Of a stretch of DNA of 64,000 nt, positions 8,622-18,563 are shown one piece after another. This DNA is from a virus (Duplodnaviria > Caudoviricetes), in the IMG/VR virus record IMGVR_UViG_3300035510_000283, positions 2,544-66,543 of that record. One strand, 5' to 3'. Both the position numbers and the translations under genes were made by a program. The notes beneath the pieces are model-generated. The model did not search any database, was not told the DNA's origin, and was given only the letters and a program-made list of their open reading frames with translations. Within the stretch, counting starts at the first letter, position 1. Every line of letters starts with the position of its first letter.

Positions 8622-8896
8622 CTAAGTCAGACATTATCAAACAGCTAACCCGCAAGTGTGGGTTGACAACCTCAGCGGCTGCAGCAGCTGTTGAGTGCAC
8701 ACTGAATGCCATTGCTGAGTCACTGACAGAGGGTAACAATGTTTACCTGCGTGGCTTCGCCACATTTAAAGTGCGAACTTTGGCTGCAAAGGTCGGCCGC
8801 AACGTCAAAGCCGGCACTCCGATTGCTATCCCGGCACATCGCACTGCCCGACTGGTGTTGTCAAAAGACCTTAAGGCAAAGCTCAACAAGGAGTAA
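8618..8896 (+). CDS. HU/IHF-family DNA-binding protein
   Basis: MTKSDII..GNNVYLRGFATFKVR..GRNVKAG..IAIPA HU signature. Confidence 0.9.
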   Translation: MTKSDIIKQLTRKCGLTTSAAAAAVECTLNAIAESLTEGNNVYLRGFATFKVRTLAAKVGRNVKAGTPIAIPAHRTARLVLSKDLKAKLNKE

Positions 8897-8908
8897 TACC
8901 TATGAGCT

Positions 8909-9304
8909 ATGCCGTGCAAAAATCTATCGGTTAGAGAACAGATAGAGCAAGTATTAAAATCGAGGGCACGACAAAGGACTAAGCCAAGTAAATACCATAA
9001 TACCAAGGTCGGTGGCTATGCTTCGAAAAAGGAGCGGTCACGCGGCCAACAGTTAAGGCTTATGCTTCAAGCCGGTCTAATATCAAACCTCCGTGAGCAA
9101 GTGAGCTACACAATCATCCCTTCGCAAAAAGACAGCACCGGAAAGGTGGTGGAGCGAGCTTGCAAATACATTGCCGATTTTGTGTACACAGATGGGCATG
9201 GCAACACCGTGGTTGAAGACACAAAAGGTTTTCGCACTGCGGAGTACATCATCAAGCGCAAATTGATGCTCTTTGTACATGGTATCAGGATAAAGGAAAT
9301 CTAA
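8909..9304 (+). CDS. DUF1064-like PD-(D/E)XK endonuclease (possible resolvase)
   Basis: SKYHNTK..SKKE..LREQV..YIADFVY..VVEDTKGFRT pattern. Confidence 0.75.
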   Translation: MPCKNLSVREQIEQVLKSRARQRTKPSKYHNTKVGGYASKKERSRGQQLRLMLQAGLISNLREQVSYTIIPSQKDSTGKVVERACKYIADFVYTDGHGNTVVEDTKGFRTAEYIIKRKLMLFVHGIRIKEI

Positions 9305-9309
9305 ACATC

Positions 9310-10161
9310 ATGGCACGCCCGTTAAAGAAAGGCCTGGACTACTTTCTCTTCGACATAAATTTCTTCGATGATGAGAAAACGCGCGCAATAGCCGAGGAGT
9401 ACGGTAGTAAGGGTGAATTAGCAATGATCAAACTGCTCTGTGCGGTATATCGTGACAACGGTTACTTTGCTTTGTGGAATGAGACGCTAAAACAAGAGCT
9501 GCTGCAGCAGCTGCCCGGGGTTTCCTCTGAATTGCTGGACCAGATGATAAATCGCTTAGTTAAATGCGACTTCTTCGATGAGGAAGTGTTTAATTCGGTG
9601 AAGATTTTGACTTCTCGGGGCATTCAGCGACGATACCAAACAATTTGCAACAAGACGCACCGCAAGTGTCAGATAACGCAATATGGCTTGCTCGACAAGC
9701 CGCGTCGACAATCTGCACCGCTGCCCAAGCCCAAAAAGCAACCCAAGGAGGTTGCATCTGTGACCAAGCCCGACGCTGAGCCAATACTCGCGACGCCGCC
9801 TGTTGCTGCCGATACAACACCGGCTGCCGTCGCTCCCACGCCACAGCAAACATCTACGCAGCTCACACTCGATGAGATATGCAGTGTGTTGCTTAGAGAT
9901 AAGATGTGGAATGAGGCTGTTTGCATGCGCTATAGCTTTCGTGCCGAAGAGTTTGCTTTCGTTGTTGACCAGTTTAAACTACATTGTCTGTGTATCAGCA
10001 ATGTGCCGACTGAGATGAGCGATGCAAAACGATACTTCTATTTTTGGCTCGGCAAGTTTCATCAGAAATTAAAAGACCAACTTAAAACCAACATTTCATC
10101 ACATGATGCTCAAGCAACTGACTACACTTTTGACGGTGGCTTTGACAGCGTAGACAAATAA
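9310..10161 (+). CDS. Replication initiator-like protein (DUF4373/Lin1244-type N-terminus)
   Basis: MARPLKKGLDYF..FFDDEK..GELAMIKLLCAVYRDNGYF N-terminal motif and a Pro-rich linker, followed by an ATPase gene. Confidence 0.7.
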   Translation: MARPLKKGLDYFLFDINFFDDEKTRAIAEEYGSKGELAMIKLLCAVYRDNGYFALWNETLKQELLQQLPGVSSELLDQMINRLVKCDFFDEEVFNSVKILTSRGIQRRYQTICNKTHRKCQITQYGLLDKPRRQSAPLPKPKKQPKEVASVTKPDAEPILATPPVAADTTPAAVAPTPQQTSTQLTLDEICSVLLRDKMWNEAVCMRYSFRAEEFAFVVDQFKLHCLCISNVPTEMSDAKRYFYFWLGKFHQKLKDQLKTNISSHDAQATDYTFDGGFDSVDK

Positions 10162-10169
10162 ACAACATT

Positions 10170-11009
10170 ATGTCTTATCCCGAAAGCCTAATAAAAGAAC
10201 TGGCAAAGTACGGCGAAAAGCCAACCGGCGATGTCGAATGGGATAGAGCCGTGCTCATGTCGTTACGAAACGACAAGACAACATATCAGGTGCTGCACAA
10301 GGTGGCTGTCAAGGCCGCTGCCGAGGCAAGTAAGAACCAACTGTTGTCTATGACGCTCGCTGACGATGAAGCATACAAGGCGCACTCGCGTCTGCTGATT
10401 TGGATTGCCAACAATGTTGTGCTCAAATCGCAACGCCGCCGCTTTGTTGTTGATAAAAACAATGAGCATGAGCTGCGCTTCCTCCTCTATTACTTCAATG
10501 GTTGCCCGTTGTGTGAGGATGTGTTCCCCGGACGTGGCTACAAGCTGCACAAGCCTGTGCTGCTGCAAGGTGGTAAAGGTGTTGGTAAAACTCTGATGAT
10601 GCAAATCTTCTCTGAATATCTGCGCCTCACATCCAACCCGCGATATTTCCACAATATTTCGGTGACTGAGATGGTTGACTACTACTCGCTGCACAACAAC
10701 ATTGACCTGTATACTTTCAATCAGGCCGAGAGCCGCGGCTTTGCTTGCAAGCCTGAGAATGTGTGTCTTAATGACATTTGCATCCTCACGCGCAAACACT
10801 TCGGTGTTGATACCAATGAGCTTACCAATGAGTTCCTGCTGGCACGTAATGAGGTGTGGGTGACTTATGGCAAGTTTGCTCACCTCACTACCAACCTCAG
10901 TGCCCAACAGCTCAAGGATTATTTCCTTGCCCAAGACCCTTATGGGCGCATAGTTGATAGGCTTAAAACCTACAATGTTATTCCAATAATGGGCGAGTCT
11001 CGCCGCTAA
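10170..11009 (+). CDS. P-loop ATPase, DnaC/helicase-loader-like
   Basis: LLQGGKGVGKT Walker A, CLNDI Walker B-like motif and HLTTNLS..GRIVDRL; follows the initiator gene. Confidence 0.7.
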   Translation: MSYPESLIKELAKYGEKPTGDVEWDRAVLMSLRNDKTTYQVLHKVAVKAAAEASKNQLLSMTLADDEAYKAHSRLLIWIANNVVLKSQRRRFVVDKNNEHELRFLLYYFNGCPLCEDVFPGRGYKLHKPVLLQGGKGVGKTLMMQIFSEYLRLTSNPRYFHNISVTEMVDYYSLHNNIDLYTFNQAESRGFACKPENVCLNDICILTRKHFGVDTNELTNEFLLARNEVWVTYGKFAHLTTNLSAQQLKDYFLAQDPYGRIVDRLKTYNVIPIMGESRR

Positions 11010-11020
11010 ACATTCATAAA

Positions 11021-11260
11021 ATGGATAGTAAACATAATGAAAAATATGAAAAGGCTCTGGTAAAGAACACAACCGCTTGTGTTCTTGATGCACTCGATGA
11101 CTTGTCGAGCAATAACCTCAAGCTCTGTGTGCTTTCGCACTGCGTGGCACAAATTGCGATGATGGAAGGTAAGAGCGATTGGGCACCGTCAATATTCTTT
11201 GCCGCGCTGACCAACAAGGTAGCCTTTGACATTATTGACAAACATGCTTGTAAAAATTGA
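11021..11260 (+). CDS. Hypothetical early protein
   Basis: Fits the tightly packed + strand operon. Confidence 0.5.
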   Translation: MDSKHNEKYEKALVKNTTACVLDALDDLSSNNLKLCVLSHCVAQIAMMEGKSDWAPSIFFAALTNKVAFDIIDKHACKN

Positions 11261-11496
11261 CTGCAATGAAGGCAAGAATTAAAGGTACGTCTCGATGGGT
11301 GACAATACGGCGTGTTGTCTACTCTGCCGGTGGCTCTACTGTTTGTGCCCCACTCAGCAACTTCGATGCTTTTGACGTTGATGTTGCCGAATCGGCAGCA
11401 GCTGTCACATCTGACACTGCGAGTGATTATCTAAAGTGTAACAATAACAACAAAACAACTAATAAAGACAATGGAACTTCAAGCACAGGAAGGTAG
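11257..11496 (+). CDS. Hypothetical early protein
   Basis: Overlapping or coupled ORF in the early operon; start uncertain. Confidence 0.4.
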   Translation: MTAMKARIKGTSRWVTIRRVVYSAGGSTVCAPLSNFDAFDVDVAESAAAVTSDTASDYLKCNNNNKTTNKDNGTSSTGR

Positions 11497-11863
11497 CCTA
11501 GTTCATGAACGCTACCAGGAGCTTTTAAAGGAATATCCCAAGGCTGACACATGGATGGCTTTCCAGGGTGGTTGGGCATCTGCTTTTGCGTATGTCAGGA
11601 GAGTTCAATCAATGCTTGACAACATTAATGGTGGTGAGCAAGTGTGGTACAGTGTTGACAAAGACCTGCCTGATGACTTTCAACAGGTGTTGGCCGTCAA
11701 TAAAACGCCCTCTCTCAATGACCCAAATTCAACAAATATTGAATATGTTGTTGCGTATTATGACAGCAGCAGCGAGTGTTGGACTGCAGCTGACGGTGAC
11801 AATGAGCTGCACCACGTAACGCACTGGATAGAGCTGCCCGACTATTGCGTGACAGCTGAGTAA
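11471..11863 (+). CDS. DUF551-like phage protein
   Basis: WYSVDKDLPD..VLAV..VTHWIELPD motif. Confidence 0.65.
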   Translation: MELQAQEGSLVHERYQELLKEYPKADTWMAFQGGWASAFAYVRRVQSMLDNINGGEQVWYSVDKDLPDDFQQVLAVNKTPSLNDPNSTNIEYVVAYYDSSSECWTAADGDNELHHVTHWIELPDYCVTAE

Positions 11864-11877
11864 TTACCCCCTTAATT

Positions 11878-12126
11878 TTGCATAGCATTATGAAATTCTT
11901 GGTTGATCCCACAAATGATTGGGATGCTAAAAACGAAAAGTTGTATGCCAAAATCACAAATGCCGGCTTCAAGATTGAGCGCTATGAGAATAACGATGAC
12001 GAAGAGTATTACTACGTCTACATCTCAAGTCTCGAAGAGTTGTTGCGTTTTCGTGAGGTGTGTGGCTGTTACATCATCGTTATTGATAGCGAGAAACTTG
12101 AAATCTATAACGACTACAGAGAGTGA
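11878..12126 (+). CDS. Hypothetical acidic protein
   Basis: Operon position; ends LEIYNDYRE. Confidence 0.55.
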   Translation: MHSIMKFLVDPTNDWDAKNEKLYAKITNAGFKIERYENNDDEEYYYVYISSLEELLRFREVCGCYIIVIDSEKLEIYNDYRE

Positions 12127-12192
12127 AACTCAACGTGTCTGTTTTTCCGACAGGTTGAACTATTAAGAAAATATAAATAGTTGAATTTTTAA

Positions 12193-12456
12193 ATGCAGAT
12201 TGCCATGACAGCTCGCGATAAAAAGATAGACAAATTGACGAAAGAAAAGCTATATTTGGCTAAGCTCAAAGATAGGTTGATAGATTACGACAAGTATGTT
12301 TGTAAGAATAAGTTTGACAATGCGACAACAAACAAGCATGTTCTGGAAGAGCTGGGTTTAGAGTGCCTTAACTCAATCTTCAAACATAGAATTTTCTCAA
12401 TAAATGTACGTGTCGCCGCTATTAACGATAATTTAACCCAAATGACAAAGATATGA
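12193..12456 (+). CDS. Hypothetical protein
   Basis: Operon position; its stop overlaps the next ATG. Confidence 0.45.
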   Translation: MQIAMTARDKKIDKLTKEKLYLAKLKDRLIDYDKYVCKNKFDNATTNKHVLEELGLECLNSIFKHRIFSINVRVAAINDNLTQMTKI

Positions 12457-12899
12457 ACACAATAACACTTTGGGCAACGAAAGCTCCCGTTGAATACGGA
12501 CAAATTGATTTTTACTCCGAAGAACCGGAAGAGACGTCTGTAGCCGGATTTTATGACGGTGATTACATTGGCAATTTGGATATTTCCAACGTTAAAGACG
12601 GCATGGAGCTATACCATGCACTAGGTTACGAGCCTCAAAAAGTTGAACTCAAAATTTTAGACAATGAGTACAATTCAATTCAGAGGCAAACGTTTGGTTG
12701 GCGCAGAGTGAAAGACGAACTGCCTGAAACTAATAATGAAGTGTTGGCTGATATTGTCAATGTTGTCGGCGAGAAAGCCTTTCACGAGCATGCAATAGCA
12801 TATTTCAACAAAGACAAAGGGCAATGGTTTACAGTTGACGGTGAAGCTGTCAATGTCGTAAATTGGATGCCGCTTCCCGAACTACCTAAAAACGAGTAA
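12453..12899 (+). CDS. Protein with a C-terminal DUF551-like domain
   Basis: WRRVKDELPE..EVL..VVNWMPLPELP motif. Confidence 0.6.
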   Translation: MNTITLWATKAPVEYGQIDFYSEEPEETSVAGFYDGDYIGNLDISNVKDGMELYHALGYEPQKVELKILDNEYNSIQRQTFGWRRVKDELPETNNEVLADIVNVVGEKAFHEHAIAYFNKDKGQWFTVDGEAVNVVNWMPLPELPKNE

Positions 12900-12962
12900 A
12901 ATAAGGAAAAAATAAGGAAAAACGCGGAAATTTAAAAAAATTTCCCTATTCACAAAAAATTT

Positions 12963-13361
12963 ATGAGAACAATTAAATTCAGAGGTAAGCTTATATCGAG
13001 CGGCAAATGGGTGTACGGCTCACTTTTGCAAAGCGAGAACGGCACATGTGCAATATGCTCGATTGAGAATGTAAATTCCCCGTGGCCTGAAGTGATTGTT
13101 AAACCCGAAACCGTATGTCAATTCACTGGCCTGTGCGATGTCAACGGCACAGAGATTTATGAGGGCGATATTCTCGAAATTTCTGACGGTGTAATAGAAA
13201 CCGTAGAGTGGGATTTAGACAATCACCCATACGCAGCCGGATTTATCACAAGAGATGCTGATAAAATGGTGTGTGCTTACCCGTTAAATCTTTATTGGGT
13301 TGAGAACAAATTACCTCGTGTCATCGGCAACATTTACGACAACCTCGAACTAATTAAATGA
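12963..13361 (+). CDS. YopX-family protein
   Basis: MRTIKFRGK..WVYGSL..CQFTGLCDVNGTEIYEGDIL..VIGNIYDN signature. Confidence 0.9.
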   Translation: MRTIKFRGKLISSGKWVYGSLLQSENGTCAICSIENVNSPWPEVIVKPETVCQFTGLCDVNGTEIYEGDILEISDGVIETVEWDLDNHPYAAGFITRDADKMVCAYPLNLYWVENKLPRVIGNIYDNLELIK

Positions 13362-13604
13362 TTGAGTATGAACCACTGTGGTAGGTGCTACTATTTTGAC
13401 CAGACATCTGATAGGGGTTGGTTGCGTCAGTGCAAGATGCTCAAAGACAACGTACTGTTAACCGGAGATGACCGGGAAACATGCTGTCATTTCAAGGATT
13501 TGTACCAGTGCGATTTGTTCGGAGAGTCAATCTTCAGTGACCTTGTCAAGCGAGGCCTGCTGTTGGATTTTGGAAGTTACATTATTGATAATCGATTTAA
13601 ATAA
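13362..13604 (+). CDS. Cys-rich hypothetical protein
   Basis: CxxC..C..CC..C pattern, possibly zinc-binding. Confidence 0.5.
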   Translation: MSMNHCGRCYYFDQTSDRGWLRQCKMLKDNVLLTGDDRETCCHFKDLYQCDLFGESIFSDLVKRGLLLDFGSYIIDNRFK

Positions 13605-13612
13605 ATATAGTT

Positions 13613-13873
13613 ATGACACAAGAAGAAATATCAGAGTCAGCATCAGCGCTTGTTGACTACCTCTACAAAAACACTCAAAATCGTGAGGATACAACAATAC
13701 TTGACTTGTTGGCCATTGTATCTCAAGTGAAATGCGCAATATTAATGTTTGCGAAATGCGGTGGCAGTGGCGGCTTTTTATCGGAGCTGGCAGAGAAAGA
13801 GAGTAATCAATACAAAACGTTCATCGAGTTCAAACGTGCATGTGCAACATTGGAAATAACGGAGGACAAATGA
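13613..13873 (+). CDS. Hypothetical protein
   Basis: Operon position. Confidence 0.5.
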   Translation: MTQEEISESASALVDYLYKNTQNREDTTILDLLAIVSQVKCAILMFAKCGGSGGFLSELAEKESNQYKTFIEFKRACATLEITEDK

Positions 13874-13874
13874 T

Positions 13875-14162
13875 ATGAAAGTCAAATTACTCAAGCGTCT
13901 GCGCGAGAAAGCTCGCCGTGAAATGAAGCTTGTCTGTTGCCATGACGGCTTCAGCTATAAAGAATACGGAATTGTCTTCTTGGGCAGAGACCAAGATAGA
14001 CCAGCTAATGTTACTATACATACAGCAAACTTACGAGTTGCACTTCAATGGCTGTATAAGGAACGGGACAACCAGATAAGGCAGGTTTATCTGCAGAATT
14101 TACGTGAGAAACAAAGACAAGAAAGGCGCTCTGCCATAAATAGAATATTATCAAAATATTAA
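13875..14162 (+). CDS. Hypothetical basic protein
   Basis: Operon position; MKVKLLKRLR start. Confidence 0.55.
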   Translation: MKVKLLKRLREKARREMKLVCCHDGFSYKEYGIVFLGRDQDRPANVTIHTANLRVALQWLYKERDNQIRQVYLQNLREKQRQERRSAINRILSKY

Positions 14163-14185
14163 TCATTTACAAACAATAAACAATC

Positions 14186-14731
14186 ATGAAGAAAGTAAGT
14201 ATCGAAATTCCTAACAATAAGGAATTGGTTAAGGATGGCGACGTATATCGCTTGGTTGACAAAAGGACGGTCATGGAACGCATCAAGACGCTTGGCGATG
14301 CTGTGCATGAACTTGGTGAACAACACCCGTTGGTGGTAGAGTACAAGCAAGTCAAGAACATTGGCAGCATGAGTGCTGACGTGCTCGCTTATATGAAGCT
14401 GCGCATAATCGTTGCTGCGCTCAACGAAGGCTGGACTCCTAAATTCACCACCGACGAATATAGATACTATCCGTATTTCGTGCTATATACACAAGATGAG
14501 ATTGACCGCATGGATGAGGATGACAAATCACGCCTCGTCTTGTTCGGCGGCGTCTCGGCCGACGGCTCGTCTTGCGGTCGGGTCGCGACGTCCTCGGGTC
14601 ACGCTTGGACGGCCTCGTCCTCGGACTCTGGCTCGCGCCTTGCTTTCAAAACCCGCGACTTGGCTCTTTATGCCGGCAAGCAATTTAAAAAAATATATGC
14701 TGACTTTATGCTATTGAAAAAGGAGCAATGA
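14186..14731 (+). CDS. Remote DGR target protein (181 aa) carrying VR2
   Basis: Contains a 103-nt region matching TR at nearly all non-A positions, framed by LVLFGG...GSRLAF as in C-type-lectin-fold DGR targets. Confidence 0.85.
   Translation: MKKVSIEIPNNKELVKDGDVYRLVDKRTVMERIKTLGDAVHELGEQHPLVVEYKQVKNIGSMSADVLAYMKLRIIVAALNEGWTPKFTTDEYRYYPYFVLYTQDEIDRMDEDDKSRLVLFGGVSADGSSCGRVATSSGHAWTASSSDSGSRLAFKTRDLALYAGKQFKKIYADFMLLKKEQ
14537..14639 (+). repeat. DGR variable repeat VR2
   Basis: Hand alignment to TR over 103 nt gives 18 mismatches at TR adenines and 2 at non-A positions (CTC to CGG). Confidence 0.9.
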
Positions 14732-14934
14732 AACTGTTAATTACGCTATTATTAACCGCCGCTTTGTGCTCATGCACAAACGGCGGCGACGATATGAAAG
14801 AAATTAGTGTTGACATTGATACTCTTACGATACATGGTTACAAACATGAATTCATCCATTATTTTATTTATGATTGTAGTGGCATTTGTCACTCTCCCGA
14901 ATGTTGGTGTCACCAAGAAAACTGCCCGGATTAG
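14728..14934 (+). CDS. Small putative lipoprotein
   Basis: MKLLITLLLTAALCSC signal peptide with lipobox-like Cys; ATGA overlap with the VR2 gene. Confidence 0.6.
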   Translation: MKLLITLLLTAALCSCTNGGDDMKEISVDIDTLTIHGYKHEFIHYFIYDCSGICHSPECWCHQENCPD

Positions 14935-14936
14935 TT

Positions 14937-15194
14937 ATGGAAATTGAAAAATTTAATAAAGCTGTTGAGCTGCACATTCAAATCGACGAACTATGCAAGG
15001 CTTTGGATGAGATTAATGGTAGTATTCTTTCGTACTTCGGTGATAAATCTAGCATGGGGATATCCGGTCGCTATGTCATGTTTTTAGATACGCATCAGCC
15101 CATTCGCTATATTCTTGACCGGCACGATGCTGAAATACGTAAGGAACTCGAAGCAGAGATTGTTAGACTCAAAAACGAAATAGAACGTCTATGA
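14937..15194 (+). CDS. Hypothetical protein (last early gene)
   Basis: ATG at 14937 just after the lipoprotein stop. Confidence 0.5.
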   Translation: MEIEKFNKAVELHIQIDELCKALDEINGSILSYFGDKSSMGISGRYVMFLDTHQPIRYILDRHDAEIRKELEAEIVRLKNEIERL

Positions 15195-15310
15195 AACAAG
15201 ATGCTAACAGAATTTGGAGCTGCGTTCGTTTGGGGCGCGTATTTGACGTTCACAGCATAGCAAATAAAACCATAATCAAAACATAAAACCAAATCAGTCA
15301 CATCAATCAT

Positions 15311-15318
15311 TATCTTTG
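15311..15318 (+). promoter_or_regulatory. TAnnTTTG -7 promoter element directly before the 15323 ATG
   Basis: TATCTTTG ends 4 nt before the ATG, suggesting a near-leaderless mRNA. Confidence 0.6.
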
Positions 15319-15322
15319 TCAC

Positions 15323-15700
15323 ATGACCTCATTACTTAACAACTCCCGCAAGCCCGACATCTCGTTCAATCGCACAGGACGCATTGATGTTTCGGCACGT
15401 ATAGCTCACCAGCTCAATCTCAATGCCGGTGATGTTATTGACATTGCCACTCACGAAAGAGAATACTATCTACACGTGAAATACAGCGCTGATAGTGTTG
15501 TTGGCCGACATGAAGGCACGTGTTATCCCACAACTCGCCACGGCGGCTCGTTTCGCGCAAGTTCTGTGCGTTTGTGCAAAGCCATGATTGATGCGAGCGG
15601 CATAAACCCCGATGCGCAACAGTTGCGTTTGCCGTGCGGTGCACCGGAGACTATTAATGACAAGATATATATCCCAATTATAATACATAACGTGTTATGA
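15323..15700 (+). CDS. Hypothetical protein
   Basis: Own promoter; coupled (ATGA) to the large tail gene. Confidence 0.6.
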   Translation: MTSLLNNSRKPDISFNRTGRIDVSARIAHQLNLNAGDVIDIATHEREYYLHVKYSADSVVGRHEGTCYPTTRHGGSFRASSVRLCKAMIDASGINPDAQQLRLPCGAPETINDKIYIPIIIHNVL

Positions 15701-18405
15701 TACAAGAACTATCATACGATGGCTTCACCACTGCTCCGTCAGACTACGAATGCTCTGACGGGCAGTTGGCTGCGGCCATTAACCTTATCCCCGAAGATGG
15801 TGCGCTCCACCCGTTGCGCCCGGCAACGGCTCTGTTCACACTCAATACGAATGATAAGAAGGTGTTCCTACACAAGCCAACCGGATATGTGAACTATATT
15901 GTCATCTCCGGTGTAAATTCTAATGGCACTTACACGGTGTCGTGGATAAGCAGCACCGACTTGTCCACTCGCACGAACATTGTGACTCTGTCTGAGGTGA
16001 AAGACGTTGCCTCGGTTGGTAACACGTTGGTGTTTGCCACTGCAGAGGGGTTGAGATACGTTCTATGGAAAGACGGCGGGTACACATACCTTGGCGAAAA
16101 ACCGCCGTTCGTCTCGATTGCTTTTGGAGTTTACAAAGAAGGTACGCTTGATGATACAACAAGGTTTTCTGTGCATAGCATTGATGATGATTATGACGCG
16201 AAGACTGTGTGTGCATCGCTCACACAAAATGTGTATGGGCTTTTGCTTGCATCGGTTGCAGAAAATGTCACTTCTCAAGGACGTTTCTATCAACCATTCT
16301 TCGTACGCTATGCTTATCGCCTTTTCGATGGCTCATACTATTGGCATTCGTCACCGATATTGATGTTGCCAACAGTGCTGCCTCCGGTGGTGAAAGTTAG
16401 TTTTGACTCTATCAGCTCAATATCTGATTGGCAAAATGTTAAAGCTGGATGGTATAAAGGAGACCTCACTCTTGATGTGCCTTATTTTACTTTGGCATAT
16501 CGCATACTTACTGACGGAGCTGCAGACTTGAAAGATTGGAGCGATATAGTTGCTGGCATAGATGTATTTGTGTCTGCACCAATTTACACGTATGACCAAT
16601 CGGCAGATATAGGCAGCACTGCGTTCACAACAAAGGTGAGTATGGTGTCGCGGCTTGACCCTTCGTATGTTGAGGGTGGGCTCACCAGTAATGATGCTTT
16701 CCTTGGCCATTACGGAGATGCAGTTAACGGCACGTATAAGGATTACTACCTCTCTGATGAGGGAAGCAACGCAATGGTGAATGTTGTCAATATCCCACGT
16801 CATAGCGAGTTCGTTAGCAATGTCCGTGACTGCGCGAACTTTTATAAGGTTGCAGAGATAGATGTAAAAGATGTGGCTTCGATGTCAGAACTAAAGGATT
16901 TGCCTTTGCTGTTTACTGACATGACTTCACTGCGCGAACGAACGGCTATGACTGATGATTATCGTTCGCATTGCAAGCTAGTGCCTTCGCAGCTTTATGC
17001 GTTCAACTCGCGACTGAATATGGCTGACATAAAAATCTATCCTGCTGAGCCTTTCCCATTGCGCTCGCTTATGGCATGGAGTTATGACAATAGTAAAACG
17101 CTAACGTCTGGCGTTCGTATCACAGTCTGGTCGCGCATAAACGGCAAACGCTGCTATGCAATTCACGACGGTCTACAAACATATTCATCTGACCGTTGGT
17201 GCGACCCCGCGAATAATTTTCCGCGATATATTTTCTACCCGGACAGCTCGGCATATAAAATGGAGATATATGTGAGTTCCTCACAAATCTACACGATTGA
17301 TCTAAAGCAACACGACTTTTTAAATGGCGCTTACTTCTATAACCTTGGCGCTGGCATTAAGACTTCCAGTGTCAATGCAACCTCGGAGACAGGCGTGACT
17401 GATACTTCGGTTGAAATGCCCTCAAAGATATACACCTCAGAGGTTGGTAACCCATTCATGTTCCTTGCCTCAAACATAAACACCGTTGGCGATGGCACAA
17501 TCATCGGTCTGTCGTCAGCAGTGAGAGCACTCTCAGAAGGTCAGTTCGGTCAGTTCCCGCTGTATGCGTTTTCAACCGAAGGCGTGTGGGCATTGTCGGT
17601 TTCTTCAACCGGCACATATTCATCGGTGCAGCCTATCACTCGCGATGTCTGCATAAATGCTGCCGGCATAACACAGCTCGACGATACGGTTATGTTCCCC
17701 ACCAATCGCGGCCTCATGCAAGTGGCGGGCAGTTCCACGCTGTGCATAACTGATATGATAAGTTCGGCTTACCCATTCGATGTTACTGAGCTACCATATT
17801 TCGAGAAGCTTCACGAAATGATACATTCAGGTTCAGACACTTGTTTGCCGACTGTGCCGTTCACCGTCTTCATCAAAGATTGTAGGATGTTGTACGACTA
17901 CGTACACCAACGCATATATGTCTATAATCCAAATTACACGTATGCCTACGTTTTATCGCTCAAGTCAAAGGCTTGGGGCATGACCTTCTCGCGCATGCAA
18001 GATACGGTCAATTCTTACCCCGAGGCTTGCGCAATAATTGATGACGGCACGTCTCGTTACCTCGCAGATTACAGCGACGATAATGTTGACAACACCGACA
18101 AGGTAGGGTGCTTGTTCGCAACACGTCCCATAAAATTTGGTTCTGCAAATGTGCTCAAGACTATAAGCGGCATAATACAGCGAGGTTTCTTTGCCAAAGG
18201 CAACGTGACTACGGTGCTGTATGGCTCGCGTGATTGCCGCACGTGGCATCTCATCTGGTCATCGAAAGACCATTACCTGCGTGGCTTCCGTGGCACACCC
18301 TACAAGTATTTTCGCATAGCAGGTACGGCAACACTCTCCGCCAATGAAAGCATCTTTGGCGCAAGTGTTGACTTTGAACAGCGACTGACAAATCAAATTA
18401 GATAA
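15697..18405 (+). CDS. Tail nozzle / stabilization-like structural protein (902 aa)
   Basis: Large beta-rich protein with IYTSEVGNPF..GQFGQFPLYAFSTEGVWAL motif, reminiscent of podovirus tail hub proteins. Confidence 0.55.
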   Translation: MIQELSYDGFTTAPSDYECSDGQLAAAINLIPEDGALHPLRPATALFTLNTNDKKVFLHKPTGYVNYIVISGVNSNGTYTVSWISSTDLSTRTNIVTLSEVKDVASVGNTLVFATAEGLRYVLWKDGGYTYLGEKPPFVSIAFGVYKEGTLDDTTRFSVHSIDDDYDAKTVCASLTQNVYGLLLASVAENVTSQGRFYQPFFVRYAYRLFDGSYYWHSSPILMLPTVLPPVVKVSFDSISSISDWQNVKAGWYKGDLTLDVPYFTLAYRILTDGAADLKDWSDIVAGIDVFVSAPIYTYDQSADIGSTAFTTKVSMVSRLDPSYVEGGLTSNDAFLGHYGDAVNGTYKDYYLSDEGSNAMVNVVNIPRHSEFVSNVRDCANFYKVAEIDVKDVASMSELKDLPLLFTDMTSLRERTAMTDDYRSHCKLVPSQLYAFNSRLNMADIKIYPAEPFPLRSLMAWSYDNSKTLTSGVRITVWSRINGKRCYAIHDGLQTYSSDRWCDPANNFPRYIFYPDSSAYKMEIYVSSSQIYTIDLKQHDFLNGAYFYNLGAGIKTSSVNATSETGVTDTSVEMPSKIYTSEVGNPFMFLASNINTVGDGTIIGLSSAVRALSEGQFGQFPLYAFSTEGVWALSVSSTGTYSSVQPITRDVCINAAGITQLDDTVMFPTNRGLMQVAGSSTLCITDMISSAYPFDVTELPYFEKLHEMIHSGSDTCLPTVPFTVFIKDCRMLYDYVHQRIYVYNPNYTYAYVLSLKSKAWGMTFSRMQDTVNSYPEACAIIDDGTSRYLADYSDDNVDNTDKVGCLFATRPIKFGSANVLKTISGIIQRGFFAKGNVTTVLYGSRDCRTWHLIWSSKDHYLRGFRGTPYKYFRIAGTATLSANESIFGASVDFEQRLTNQIR

Positions 18406-18485
18406 GTAGCTTAGCATGGTAGTTTTAATGGTTTAAGGTTAAAGTGGTTTACAAGTACTATTTTTTACTCAAGATTGATAGCCAA

Positions 18486-18518
18486 AATGGCCGGGATGCG
18501 TGATGCACCTCGGCCATT
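18486..18518. terminator. Stem-loop between convergent operons
   Basis: AATGGCCG/CGGCCATT stem flanked by A/T-rich runs. Confidence 0.6.
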
Positions 18519-18563
18519 ATTTACAAAACAACTATGAAAAAAACAAACTAAGCTACGTTCATT

